Positions 29,093-39,218 are shown, numbered from the whole stretch's first letter. The stretch is 63,485 nucleotides of DNA, filler included, from Parachlamydiales bacterium (GCA_020051075.1; 4 parts of 4 records of this genome joined end to end with filler, not necessarily neighbours in it); one strand, 5' to 3'. A program made the numbers and translations. Notes: a model not told the origin generated them from the letters alone.

Positions 29093-30700
29093 GTGGCGAT
29101 GGACGATTTGGCTATGTTAGAACCAGATTTTAATGCTTTAAAAAACTTGGCCATGGCGTCAAGCAAGGCGCACTTTAAAGAAAACCTCCCAAAAGAAATC
29201 GGCCCTTACAAAATCGAATCCCTCCTTAGAAAAGGGGGGATGAGCTACCTATTTTTAGGGGTCCATCCGGAAACAAAAGATCCGATTACCATCAAGGTTC
29301 TCTTCCCAGAGTTCCTTTCCAATCCTGAGATGGTGCAGCGCTTTGGAAGAGAGGCGGATATCATTGCATTAGCCGACCACCCCAATATCGTGAAACTTTA
29401 TGGCCAGGGGCAATGGGAGGGGGGACTATATATCGCGATGGAATACATTCAGGGAGTGTCATTGAGGCAGTATTTATTGCGCAATCTGATCTCTTTGAAA
29501 CATGCTCTTGAGATTGTGATGGAGATCTCAATGGCATTATGCCATCTGCATGTCCATGGAGTGATTCACCGTGACCTGAAACCTGAGAATATTTTAATTA
29601 CAGACACTGAAGGGGTTAAAGTCATCGATTTCGGCATCGCACAGCTGTTGACGGCGCCAGCAGCAGATACTGCTTCAAAGCGGCGGTTGATAGGAACACC
29701 AATCTACATGTCTCCTGAACAAAAAAATGATCCTGAATCTACGTCATATCCCTCCGACATCTATTCTTTAGGGATTATCACCTATGAATTGGTCTTAGGA
29801 AAACTTAGTCATGGGCAGATCCACCTCTCTATTATGCCTAAAGGGCTGCAAAAAATTCTAGCCAAAGCGTTGCAGAGCAAGCCAGAAGATCGTTACCAAG
29901 ATATTGTTGATTTCATGAGCGATATCTCGGATTATTTGCATTCCCCCTCGTTTCACAAAGAGAATAAAGAACTGACGCCTCTGAGCGACTTATCCGAAAG
30001 CCTACGCCACGCACAGAGCTGCTTAGTTCCTCAATATCCCCCTTATTGGCCTGGCATTCAAATCGGCTTTGCAACCTATAAGACATTAGGAACTTCTAGC
30101 CTCTACTACGATTTTTTTTCCCTGCCAAATCATGCTTTTGGCATCATTCTTGGAGAGCCCTCGGTTAAAGGATCTCCTGGAATCGTTTATTCGTCGGTGT
30201 TAAGAGGGATGGTTCGTTCTCTCTGTCAACTCACCGAGCATCCTCAGGAGATGGCTACAGTTTTAAATGCTTTGTTATTAGACGATCCAATGAAGCAGCA
30301 TTTTGCTTTCAGCTATCTCGTCCTGCTCCCTGCTGAAAACTTATTCCGATTCATCTCTTGCGGCTGTGGACAGCTATTCCTTGTTAAGTCAGCGACTTCC
30401 CGCACCGCCATCTCTTCCTCTCATACTCCTTTAGGAATAGAGCACGAGGCGCATTTTACCGAAATCGAACATCGATGGGACAAAAGCGATACGATATTGT
30501 TGTCCGCTTCTTCGAGTCATTCTCACCCCTCCAAGCAGGAGGCTCTATTTACTGACGAACAGCTGGACGTGTGTTTGAAGGAAGCAGGCGCATCGGATTC
30601 TCAGAGATTAGTCAACACCATCCTACGAAAAGCTAAATTCACTTTGAGCCGTCCCCATGACGAGCGCTCGGCTGTGATCATCGGCCTAAAACAAGAGTAG
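29093..30700 (+). CDS. pkn5: Ser/Thr protein kinase with C-terminal SpoIIE/PP2C-like region (Pkn5-like)
   Basis: HRDLKPEN, DFG, GTPIYMSPE, SDIYSLG; C-terminal YYDFF..GIILGE..DERSAVII; lies downstream of sctQ. Confidence 0.85.
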   Translation: MAMDDLAMLEPDFNALKNLAMASSKAHFKENLPKEIGPYKIESLLRKGGMSYLFLGVHPETKDPITIKVLFPEFLSNPEMVQRFGREADIIALADHPNIVKLYGQGQWEGGLYIAMEYIQGVSLRQYLLRNLISLKHALEIVMEISMALCHLHVHGVIHRDLKPENILITDTEGVKVIDFGIAQLLTAPAADTASKRRLIGTPIYMSPEQKNDPESTSYPSDIYSLGIITYELVLGKLSHGQIHLSIMPKGLQKILAKALQSKPEDRYQDIVDFMSDISDYLHSPSFHKENKELTPLSDLSESLRHAQSCLVPQYPPYWPGIQIGFATYKTLGTSSLYYDFFSLPNHAFGIILGEPSVKGSPGIVYSSVLRGMVRSLCQLTEHPQEMATVLNALLLDDPMKQHFAFSYLVLLPAENLFRFISCGCGQLFLVKSATSRTAISSSHTPLGIEHEAHFTEIEHRWDKSDTILLSASSSHSHPSKQEALFTDEQLDVCLKEAGASDSQRLVNTILRKAKFTLSRPHDERSAVIIGLKQE

Positions 30701-30707
30701 AAGAGAT

Positions 30708-30744
30708 CCTTGTAATTTCGAATTGTAACTTCGAATTTACAAGG
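30708..30744. repeat. 37-bp palindromic site, copy 1 (overlaps the ATPase stop codon)
   Basis: CCTTGTAATTTCGAA-TTGTAAC-TTCGAATTTACAAGG. Confidence 0.9.
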
Positions 30745-31897
30745 ATGGTATTGTTTTCTGACATAATTTTTGTAAGCTTGTGACTGAAATATTGTCTGAA
30801 AGAGAATACTGACGTGTTCCTGGATAGATGACATAAAGATGATCTAAGTTTAAATCGTTCAGGGCAATCTGCATAGATTTTGTTAATTTAGGTGTGTCTG
30901 AAAACTTAAATTCAAAACCGAGTCGTTTGCCATCCTTGATAATGAGCAAGTCTAGCTCGGCACCTGATTGAGTTCCCCAGAAGAAACATTCTCCAATATC
31001 TACTTGATAGAACCGAATGATTTCTTCTAAAGCAAATCCTTCCCAAAATGAACCCATTCTTGGGTTAGACATTAAAGTTGTTTCATTTTCTATGCTTAAT
31101 AGAGCATGGAGTATTCCACTATCTCTGAAGTAGACTTTGGGGGATTTCACTTGCCGTTTACTCAGGTTCTCGAACCAAGGAGACAATAAACGCATCATAA
31201 ACGTCCCAATCAGAATGTCGAGGTATTTGCGCACAGTGTGGTCTGACACTCCTAAAGATCGACCGATTTCGCTTCCGTTAAATATTTGTCCATGAGAATG
31301 GGCAAGCATTAACCAAAAACGTCTGATCTGATTTGGAGGGATTTGAAAACCTAGTGATGGAATGTCTCTTTCTAAGAATGTTGAGATATAAGCCATTCTC
31401 CATTTGTAGCTATCTAGATCGGTTTTGGCTAAATAGGACTTTGGAAGTCCTCCTCGAAGCCAAAGTCTATCCATGTTATGGACCTCACTCAAAGAAAAAG
31501 GGGGGAGCTCAATGTAGCCAATGCGTCCCGCTAATGTTTCAGAGGACTGACGGATAAGATCTCGGGAAGCGCTCCCTAAGATAAGAAATCGCAGCTTTTT
31601 TTCAGATTTATCTACCAAAACCCGGAGAACAGGGAAGAGCTCAGGACGAAGCTGTATTTCATCAATGATAATTAATTTGTTTGATAATTTTGAAAGAGTC
31701 AGCATCGGATTTTCCATTAACCCAAGATCCTGCGGATCTTCTAGATCGAAAAAATGAACCTCTTGTTCAGGGTGTAAATCCATATACATGTGAGCGAGTG
31801 TTGTTTTACCCACTTGACGAGGCCCAAGCAATGCACAAACAGAATGTATACGAAACTGTGCTTCAATTTCTTCTATGAACCGGCGGCGCTCTTTCAT
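30737..31897 (-). CDS. AAA_14/DUF4143-type ATP-binding protein
   Basis: GPRQVGKT, IDEIQ, LGSAS, ETLAGR, RGGLP, KSPKVYFRDSG, ELDL..GFEFK. Confidence 0.9.
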   Translation of the reverse strand: MKERRRFIEEIEAQFRIHSVCALLGPRQVGKTTLAHMYMDLHPEQEVHFFDLEDPQDLGLMENPMLTLSKLSNKLIIIDEIQLRPELFPVLRVLVDKSEKKLRFLILGSASRDLIRQSSETLAGRIGYIELPPFSLSEVHNMDRLWLRGGLPKSYLAKTDLDSYKWRMAYISTFLERDIPSLGFQIPPNQIRRFWLMLAHSHGQIFNGSEIGRSLGVSDHTVRKYLDILIGTFMMRLLSPWFENLSKRQVKSPKVYFRDSGILHALLSIENETTLMSNPRMGSFWEGFALEEIIRFYQVDIGECFFWGTQSGAELDLLIIKDGKRLGFEFKFSDTPKLTKSMQIALNDLNLDHLYVIYPGTRQYSLSDNISVTSLQKLCQKTIPSL

Positions 31898-31908
31898 GAC
31901 TGACTTGA

Positions 31909-31945
31909 CCTTGTAATTTCGAACTCTAACTTCGAATTTACAAGG
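31909..31945. repeat. 37-bp palindromic site, copy 2 (11 nt upstream of the ATPase start)
   Basis: CCTTGTAATTTCGAA-CTCTAAC-TTCGAATTTACAAGG. Confidence 0.9.
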
Positions 31946-32020
31946 TAAAATAGTTTGTTGTCAACCACTAAACATCCATAATCTCCATTCTTCAAATCGA
32001 CATCGTTCGTAATCATCTAA

Positions 32021-33952
32021 TTATTCTGGCTGGTATTCGAGTTTGCCTTGCTCCACGACGACTTCAGGAGCCACTTCAATCGAAGGTTCCGCAAAGTCTG
32101 GGATAGCAGTGATGGGGGCGGCGAGTCCTGCTGCTTTAGCAGCTTCACTATTGAGAAGATCATGTGCGCGGAAGAACGCTTTTTGAACAGATTGATGCGG
32201 GTGCCGTTCATCAAAGATCAAGAGGTTGTTTTTTCCAATCAGATCAACCATTCCAGAGTCGCTGAGAACATCCCATATTTGGTGTGTGATGCCGCAGCCG
32301 ATGAGGTGGCGTCCTGATTTCCTTAGGTATTCATAGAGCTGCTGTATGGCAAGGCATGAAGTGGCATCGATATCGCGTGCATTTTTGAGTTGCAGGATAA
32401 TCACACGAGTTGCAGTGTCGTCTTCAGTAATCGATTTCAGAGCACTTTGAAAGAGGTCCGCAGCGCCGAAGAAGAGCTCACCCTCAACTTTAATCAATCT
32501 GATTCTGCGAGGTTCATGCTGATTGGTGCGGTCGATGCTGTGAAGAACTCCTCCTTCGTCGACTGTAAACTCTACAAGCTGTGGAATTGCTGCTTTTTTC
32601 AAATAGAGGGAGATCGACATGATGACGCCGATATAGAAAGCGACATCCAAGCTAAGGAAGATGCATGAGGCGATCGTGATCATGAGGACAAAGAAATCCG
32701 AGCGTGTTGCTTTTAAGCAGAGAAAAAGCTGTTTGAAGTTGACAATGCTTGCGGAAGAGATAATCAACAGAGCGGCAAAAGCAGCGATAGGGATATGTTG
32801 AATGAGGAATCCAAAGGCGAATAGCAATAACCAAACAAACATAGAATTGAAGATCGAAGCTAATCGAGTTTTTGCCCCATTTTCATAGCTCAATGCCGTC
32901 CGTGAGGGGCTTCCTGAGAGAGGCATTCCACCGATGAATGCAGAAAAGAAATTTCCCAACCCTAATCCAAAGATTTCTTGATTGATAGAAAGGTGCTGCC
33001 CGGAGTTTGCCGCCGTCGATTTGGCAGCAGATGTGGCCTCCATCACTGACAATAGAGCAATTGCGAAGGCAATAGAGATCAGATGGTTGATGATCTGCGG
33101 ATTAAAAAATGGCAGATTCCATGAAGGGATTAACCCTTCGCTGCGAGTATCTCCAACGAGTTGAATATCTTTGGTCATTGCCTCAATGTTGGACCAATCG
33201 AGAAATTGGAATTCGTTTGCTGCAAAATAATTAAATAAATAGTTCGTAAAATAAGCTGTCAGGGCGACAATGACGAGCATGATCGCTCCGACTGGGAGCT
33301 TAGAGCCCATGCGCTTCAATGACAAGACCAGGGCGAGGCAAGACAATCCGATGAGAGCTGTCGGTCCATGCATCGCATCGAAATGAGTTAAGATATAAAG
33401 CGCTCTTGCGTAAAGTGAGGAGACGTTGGCAGGAACTTCCATGCCTAATAGAGGGAAGGCTTGGTTAATAATCAATGCAAGAGCAACACCTGAGACATAG
33501 CCAATGATCACAGTATGGCTGACAAAATGTGTGAGCCGCCCGAGTTTAAAGAAAGCGGCTAAGATCTGAATCGTACCAATGAGTAATGCCAGCTGAGTTA
33601 AGATCTGCATGGCCAGCTCATCCCTTTCAGGTCCTGTGACATTTCTGTAATAGGTAAAGAGGATATCTGAGATTCCGGCTTGAATCAAAATGGCGATGGC
33701 GTTGCTTGGACCAACAACCAAGTGGCGGGAAGATCCAAAGAATGCGACGATCATCGATGAGAAGATTGCTGCGTAGAGGCCTGCCGATATCGGGAGTCCG
33801 GCAACGATCGCATAAGCGAGTGCTTGAGGAACTGTTAGCATTGCAACAGCAAGACCCGACATCATGTCGGAACGCAGCGCATTAAACGAATAACGTTCAA
33901 AGTCTTTTCGAAAAGCCGTTAATGAAATTTCATCTTGCAACGTGTGAGACAT
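32021..33952 (-). CDS. SulP-family anion transporter with STAS domain
   Basis: PQALAYAIVAGLP, GSSRHLVVGP, GELFFGAA, IDAT. Confidence 0.93.
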   Translation of the reverse strand: MSHTLQDEISLTAFRKDFERYSFNALRSDMMSGLAVAMLTVPQALAYAIVAGLPISAGLYAAIFSSMIVAFFGSSRHLVVGPSNAIAILIQAGISDILFTYYRNVTGPERDELAMQILTQLALLIGTIQILAAFFKLGRLTHFVSHTVIIGYVSGVALALIINQAFPLLGMEVPANVSSLYARALYILTHFDAMHGPTALIGLSCLALVLSLKRMGSKLPVGAIMLVIVALTAYFTNYLFNYFAANEFQFLDWSNIEAMTKDIQLVGDTRSEGLIPSWNLPFFNPQIINHLISIAFAIALLSVMEATSAAKSTAANSGQHLSINQEIFGLGLGNFFSAFIGGMPLSGSPSRTALSYENGAKTRLASIFNSMFVWLLLFAFGFLIQHIPIAAFAALLIISSASIVNFKQLFLCLKATRSDFFVLMITIASCIFLSLDVAFYIGVIMSISLYLKKAAIPQLVEFTVDEGGVLHSIDRTNQHEPRRIRLIKVEGELFFGAADLFQSALKSITEDDTATRVIILQLKNARDIDATSCLAIQQLYEYLRKSGRHLIGCGITHQIWDVLSDSGMVDLIGKNNLLIFDERHPHQSVQKAFFRAHDLLNSEAAKAAGLAAPITAIPDFAEPSIEVAPEVVVEQGKLEYQPE

Positions 33953-34063
33953 AAAATTAGAATGGTTGAAAATCTCATTTTAACAAACTAAGGTTTATTT
34001 CTGTAGGATTTATTTAAAGATTCGTCTATATTTTGTTCTAAATTAAAGTACGAGAACCCAGAT

Positions 34064-35464
34064 ATGAAACATCTTCCCAAACTCGCTATAGTCGGACGGC
34101 CCAATGTCGGAAAATCAGCTCTTTTTAATCGGATCTGCAAGCAGAAAATTGCCATTGTCGATGAGGCGGAAGGGATTACAAGAGATCGCTTGTATGCTGA
34201 AAGCGAATTTTTTGGTTTCCATTTCTTAGCGATTGACACTGGAGGGATAAATAAAAAATCAAAAGTTCCCTTTAACGAAGAGATCAAACGGCAAGCCGAA
34301 ATTGCTATTGAAGAAGCAGATGCCATCATTCAAGTTGTCGATGGGCAAGTGGGTGTGACTGACCTCGACCAGGAAGTGGCTAAAATTTTATTGCGGACAA
34401 AAAAGCCGGTCTGTTTAGCAGTTAATAAGATAGATAACCTAGACCAAATGCCATTGATGCACGCCTTCCATGGATTGGGCATTGAAAGGATGGTCCCGGT
34501 GTCAGCGGCTCAAGGGTGGCAGATTGCTGAGATGCTCGAAGCTGCTTTTAAAGATATTCCCGAACAGGCAAATGAAGAAGAAGAGGTCGAAGAGGCAATT
34601 AAAATTGCCATCGTGGGGCGGCCGAATGTTGGGAAATCGTCGCTTGTTAATTTCTTTTTGGATGAAGAGCGCTGCATTGTCAGTCCAATCCCTGGAACAA
34701 CAAGAGACAGCGTCGATGTTTCTTTCGGATATGAAGACCGATTATATACTTTGATTGACACTGCTGGGATAAGACGTAAACGAGCAGAACATGAAGTGGT
34801 CGACAAGTTTGCAGCGATTCGTACCGATCGGTCGATCGAGAGGGCTGATCTTTGCTTGTTGATGCTCGATGTTCAAGAAGGGTTGACAACCCAAGATAAA
34901 AAAATCGCCAACCGCATTGAAGAGGCCGGAAAAGGGTGCATTCTCCTCTTTAACAAGTGGGACTTGGTCAAGGGGTTCCGCATGGAACATTGTCTGAAAA
35001 GTATTGAAGACGAGATCCCATTTTTGAAACACTGTCCAAAGTTGTTTATTTCTGCTAAGACTGGCAGGAACCTCGATAAAATCTTCCCTGTCATCGTCGA
35101 AGTTTACGAGAATATGAAGACAAGGGTGACAACGCACCAACTCAATAAATTTCTTGTCGATGCGATGCAGAAGAACCATCCTCCCATGATCATGGGAAAA
35201 CGTCTGCGCATCTATTATATGGCTCAAGTCGATGTTAATCCTCCTAAGTTCATCCTTTTTGTCAATTATCCTAACTTGATGACCGATACCTACAAAAAAT
35301 ATCTCTATAATCAGTTTAGAGAAGTTTATCCATTTGACGGCGCTCCAATCAACATCTACATGAAGGGAAAAGAGCGGAAGGAACGACCGTTTTCTAGCCC
35401 TTCTCACGAATATGAGCATCATCATGAGGATGAGGAAGAGAATGAGTATGAGATAGAATCATAA
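34064..35464 (+). CDS. der: ribosome biogenesis GTPase Der/EngA
   Basis: Two GRPNVGKS G-domains, TRD, DTGG/DTAG, NKxD and a KH-like C-terminus. Confidence 0.97.
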   Translation: MKHLPKLAIVGRPNVGKSALFNRICKQKIAIVDEAEGITRDRLYAESEFFGFHFLAIDTGGINKKSKVPFNEEIKRQAEIAIEEADAIIQVVDGQVGVTDLDQEVAKILLRTKKPVCLAVNKIDNLDQMPLMHAFHGLGIERMVPVSAAQGWQIAEMLEAAFKDIPEQANEEEEVEEAIKIAIVGRPNVGKSSLVNFFLDEERCIVSPIPGTTRDSVDVSFGYEDRLYTLIDTAGIRRKRAEHEVVDKFAAIRTDRSIERADLCLLMLDVQEGLTTQDKKIANRIEEAGKGCILLFNKWDLVKGFRMEHCLKSIEDEIPFLKHCPKLFISAKTGRNLDKIFPVIVEVYENMKTRVTTHQLNKFLVDAMQKNHPPMIMGKRLRIYYMAQVDVNPPKFILFVNYPNLMTDTYKKYLYNQFREVYPFDGAPINIYMKGKERKERPFSSPSHEYEHHHEDEEENEYEIES

Positions 35465-35489
35465 GGGAACTTGGTAAAATGGTTCGCTG

Positions 35490-35558
35490 CAAAAGCGCAA
35501 GAGGACTTGCGCACTCCAAACGCTTCGCGGAGCCAAATTTGTGTTACGCGAAGCGTGT
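35490..35558. repeat. family C partial repeat
   Basis: AAAAGCGCAAGAGGACTTGCGCACTCCAAACGCTTCGCG...CGCGAAGCGT. Confidence 0.8.
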
Positions 35559-35608
35559 GAATCTCCCATCTTTTGACTTTTTCGCAAAGCTCTGCAAAAT
35601 AGTCGGGT

Positions 35609-35904
35609 ATGAAAAGATATCAAAAAGACGCGATCATTCGTGATTTAAAAAAGAAAATGGTTCTTTTAGCGGGTCCAAGGCAAGCCGGCAAGAAGTCGAT
35701 TTTGCTCTAGTATGCGATAATCAAATTGAGAAGATGATTGAAGTCAAAAATTCAGATCATACCGTTAATGGAGGCCTAAGATATTTTCACGAAAAATATA
35801 AACTTCCAGCGATTCAAGTTGTGAAAGATCTCAGATATGGGAAAGTGGACAATGGGATTGAAATTGTTCAAGCATTGGATTTCCTAAAAACTCTCTATTT
35901 ATAG
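35609..35904 (+). pseudogene. internally deleted AAA_14/DUF4143 ATPase gene
   Basis: MKRYQ..MVLLAGPRQAGK is fused out of frame to a C-terminal EVDFALV..MIEVK..FLKTLYL*. Confidence 0.8.
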
Positions 35905-35921
35905 TACAAGAATACCCTTAT

Positions 35922-35972
35922 ATCTTGCTTATCCTGCCGCTTGCGATCCTGCATATCCTGTTTATCTATCCT
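35922..35972. repeat. family A half element
   Basis: ATCCTGCCGCTTGCGATCCTGCATATCCTG. Confidence 0.6.
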
Positions 35973-36020
35973 GGGGGGTTGAGAATCTGCAACTGTGCAA
36001 CGTTTTCCGTATCCTGTGTA

Positions 36021-36857
36021 TCACTGTCCGAATTTCTCTGGGTTGACGAGGCTCCATTTTTCAATGAGGGCGTCGTAGGTCCCATTTTCTTTTAATTGTT
36101 CCAATCCTTTGTTAAAAGCCTCGATCAATTCCTCTCCTTTCGGTTTCTTCAAAGTGACTAAACGCAAGCCGTCATCATTGAGGGGAGCAGTCACAATTTT
36201 AAGTTCTTTAGAATAAAAAGTCTGGATGTAAAAAGAGGCTGGGATCACCGAGAAGACGGCGGCATCGATCGCACCGGTATTGAGATCAGATAATGCTTTG
36301 AGGATGTCCCGATATAAGCGGATCTCCGTCGAAGGGTCATGCTCGAGAGCGAGGCTATTGGCTTGATCGCTTTCGATTCCGATGATTTTATGCCCTTTTT
36401 CGTTCCATCCGTTCTGAGGCCATGACGAGGGAACAATCAAAACAGGCCCTATGAGGAAAAATGGCTGAGAAAACAACATGTGTTGTTGATTGAAGCTGTT
36501 TGGCTCAAGATCCGTTAAGATTCCAACAACATCCCCATCTTCGAGGCTGTCGATCAAATCTAAATGAGGAATAAATGCGACTTTGAATTGAATTTGCTGT
36601 TCTTTTCCCAGTGCAGTCAATAAATTTTTAGTAAATGCAGCGAATTCCCGCTGTTTACCCATGACGTTGATCGTGCGCCATTGTGCGTCTTCGCCAATCG
36701 TAAAAGCTTTTTCTGAAGGAGTTTCGCTTCCACAGCTTTTCATAATAAGGAGAAGGAGAAGAGTGGCTGCCGCAATGCCAATCACCCAAAATTTTTTTTG
36801 CGAAAAGAAATTTTTCATCGTTTCTATATTTTTCATACTTAATTTTTTTATTTCCAC
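36021..36857 (-). CDS. amino-acid ABC transporter substrate-binding protein (SBP family 3)
   Basis: N-terminal hydrophobic/lipoprotein segment, FSQPF, and FNKGLEQLKENGTYDALIEKW. Confidence 0.85.
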   Translation of the reverse strand: MEIKKLSMKNIETMKNFFSQKKFWVIGIAAATLLLLLIMKSCGSETPSEKAFTIGEDAQWRTINVMGKQREFAAFTKNLLTALGKEQQIQFKVAFIPHLDLIDSLEDGDVVGILTDLEPNSFNQQHMLFSQPFFLIGPVLIVPSSWPQNGWNEKGHKIIGIESDQANSLALEHDPSTEIRLYRDILKALSDLNTGAIDAAVFSVIPASFYIQTFYSKELKIVTAPLNDDGLRLVTLKKPKGEELIEAFNKGLEQLKENGTYDALIEKWSLVNPEKFGQ

Positions 36858-36876
36858 TTTTTATTCTAATTCACTT

Positions 36877-36925
36877 CTTTGTCTCTACGCGTCTTTGCGC
36901 CTCTTATGCTCCTTTGCGTTAAAAA
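36877..36925. repeat. family B half element
   Basis: CTTTGCGCCTCTTATGCTCCTTTGCGTTAAAAAAAGG, like 25561-25605. Confidence 0.65.
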
Positions 36926-37090
36926 AAGGAGGCGTGAATAGTTGCACATTTATCTTTGCTATCCGGATCATAGCATCTTTGGGTAAATACTCAAAGTTCT
37001 CCTTCCACTCACGAGAACTCTTTTATTAAAATGGGGGGGTGTGCTAGGTTTGCGATTTAAGGCTCCCGAACTATTAACCCCCTTTATAAT

Positions 37091-38446
37091 ATGACTACAA
37101 CATCCTTTGCAAGTTATCTGTCGACAAGAAAGCTATCAATTCCAGAACAGAAAGCCTCTTCAATCAATATGCAATTGGTGGCGAGCATTATCCTCGGAGG
37201 TGGGGAAGGAACGCGCCTTCATCCATTAACACTGACCCGATGCAAACCAGCAATAAATTTTGGCGGTAAATACCGGCTCATCGATGTTCCGATCTCTAAC
37301 TCTATTCATGCCGATTGCGGGAAAATTTATGTTCTCACCCAATTTCTATCTTCTTCGTTGCATCACCATATCTTCCAAACCTATATGCAAGGTGGGAGAA
37401 CATCCGGCATGATTGAAGTGCTCACCGCGGAGCAAAGACCGAGTCAAAAAACTTGGTATCAAGGAACTGCTGATGCTGTGAGACAAAATATTGATTATTT
37501 GCTTGAAAGCCCTGTCGAATATTTCCTCATTCTGTCGGGAGATCAGCTCTACAATATTAACTTTTGTGAGATGACTCAATTTGCCCTGCAGACAGATGCT
37601 GACGTTGTCATTGCGTCGCTTCCCGTCACTGCTCAGAATGCAACGCGTATGGGAATCATGAAGGTCAATGAAAGCAGTTTTATTACCGAATTCGTTGAAA
37701 AACCTCAGGAGACAGCTCTTTTGCAGAGACTGCGAAGCCCTGCTGAAGTGATTGAACGCCTTGGAATCCCTTCAGATAGTAAGAGGCACTATTTGGGGTC
37801 GATGGGGATCTACCTTTTTAAAAGAAAAGCATTGGTGAATATCCTTAAACAAGACCCCAGAGAAGACTTTGGCAAGCACCTGATTCCAGCCCTTGTGCAA
37901 TCAGGAAAAGCTGCAGCTTATCTCTATGATGGCTATTGGGAAGATATTGGCACTATCGAAAGCTTTTATCAGGCGAATATGGCCCTCACTTCCCCCTATC
38001 CAGATTTCAGCTTCCATCAAGAGAACCGCCCGATCTTCACGAGCCGCTACGACCTGCCCCCAGCAAAATTTTCAAACACACAAATCAAGCAAACGATCCT
38101 TTGCGAGGGATCTGTCATCGATGCCGACGAAATTTCTCGTTCGATCCTGGGGCCTCGCTCTGTGATTGATAAAGGCTCCATTATCCGTGACTCCTACATC
38201 ATGGGAAATGATTATTATGAAGCTCCGGTGATTGCTGATCGCCACGGACTTCCAATCAACCCCCATATTGGAGAAAATTGCATCATCACCCGTTCGATTG
38301 TAGACAAAAATGTTTGCATTGGAAAAGGTGTACAGTTGATCAATAAACAGCAGTTGTCGCATTATAATGGCGAAAATATCTTCATTCGAGATGGCGTCAT
38401 TATTGTTCCTCGTGGAGCGGCTATTCCGGATGGATTCATCCTGTAG
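37091..38446 (+). CDS. glgC: glucose-1-phosphate adenylyltransferase
   Basis: LGGGEGTRLHPLT, KPA, WYQGTADAVR, SGDQ, FVEKP, SMGIY, DFG, YWEDIGT. Confidence 0.96.
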   Translation: MTTTSFASYLSTRKLSIPEQKASSINMQLVASIILGGGEGTRLHPLTLTRCKPAINFGGKYRLIDVPISNSIHADCGKIYVLTQFLSSSLHHHIFQTYMQGGRTSGMIEVLTAEQRPSQKTWYQGTADAVRQNIDYLLESPVEYFLILSGDQLYNINFCEMTQFALQTDADVVIASLPVTAQNATRMGIMKVNESSFITEFVEKPQETALLQRLRSPAEVIERLGIPSDSKRHYLGSMGIYLFKRKALVNILKQDPREDFGKHLIPALVQSGKAAAYLYDGYWEDIGTIESFYQANMALTSPYPDFSFHQENRPIFTSRYDLPPAKFSNTQIKQTILCEGSVIDADEISRSILGPRSVIDKGSIIRDSYIMGNDYYEAPVIADRHGLPINPHIGENCIITRSIVDKNVCIGKGVQLINKQQLSHYNGENIFIRDGVIIVPRGAAIPDGFIL

Positions 38447-38460
38447 CAATAAGGAATACA

Positions 38461-39210
38461 ATGGCCGTCTGGGCAATCGCGGATCTTCATCTCTCTTTTG
38501 GCGTTCCGAACAAAGCAATGGCAATTTTTGGCCCTCAATGGGAAGGGTATACAGAGAAGATTGAAGAGGCATGGACTCAGAAGATCTCACCGGAAGATCT
38601 AGTTTTGATTGCCGGCGACATTTCTTGGGCAAAGTTGCCGGAAGAGGCGCGTCCCGACTTTGAGTGGATAGGTAAGCTCCCAGGAACGAAATATCTGATT
38701 AAAGGCAACCACGATTATTGGTGGGGGTCGTTAGCTAAGATAAAACCGATTCTTCCCCCTTCTTGCCATCTCATACAAAACAATAGCTTGATGTGGAAGG
38801 ATATTGCTGTCGGAGGGACACGCTTGTGGGATTGCCCTGAACTCAGTTTCAATGAAGTGATCAACTATCAGCCTCATAGCAGTGTAAAAAATAGTGTCGA
38901 GAATGAAGACCGAGAGGAATCTTTACGCCTCTATCAACGAGAGTTAGGAAGGCTTGAAGCTAGCCTTAAAACCCTTAATCCAAATGCTAAAACACGTGTT
39001 GTGATGACGCATTATCCCCCAATCGGCGTCAATTTCGAAGAGACGGAGGCTTCGCGGCTGCTTGAAAAATACCGTGTCGATATCTGCGTATTTGGGCATT
39101 TGCATAACGTCAAGCCAAACACTGCCTTGTTTGGAACACATCACGGCATTCGTTATTATTTAACCTCATGCGATTCGCTAGAAGGGTTTTCTCCTATCAG
39201 GATTATCTAA
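38461..39210 (+). CDS. calcineurin-like metallophosphoesterase
   Basis: DLH, GD, GNHD, HYPP, GHLH. Confidence 0.92.
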   Translation: MAVWAIADLHLSFGVPNKAMAIFGPQWEGYTEKIEEAWTQKISPEDLVLIAGDISWAKLPEEARPDFEWIGKLPGTKYLIKGNHDYWWGSLAKIKPILPPSCHLIQNNSLMWKDIAVGGTRLWDCPELSFNEVINYQPHSSVKNSVENEDREESLRLYQRELGRLEASLKTLNPNAKTRVVMTHYPPIGVNFEETEASRLLEKYRVDICVFGHLHNVKPNTALFGTHHGIRYYLTSCDSLEGFSPIRII

Positions 39211-39218
39211 AAAAAATC

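Noticed and set aside
30708..31945. Integron cassette with attC sites
   Set aside because: The sites are only 37 bp, TAAC lies in the loop rather than forming terminal RYYYAAC/GTTRRRY boxes, and there is no integrase.
34742..35425. 227-aa antisense ORF within der, and similar shadow ORFs elsewhere
   Set aside because: It lies fully antisense to a conserved gene and has no recognisable motifs.
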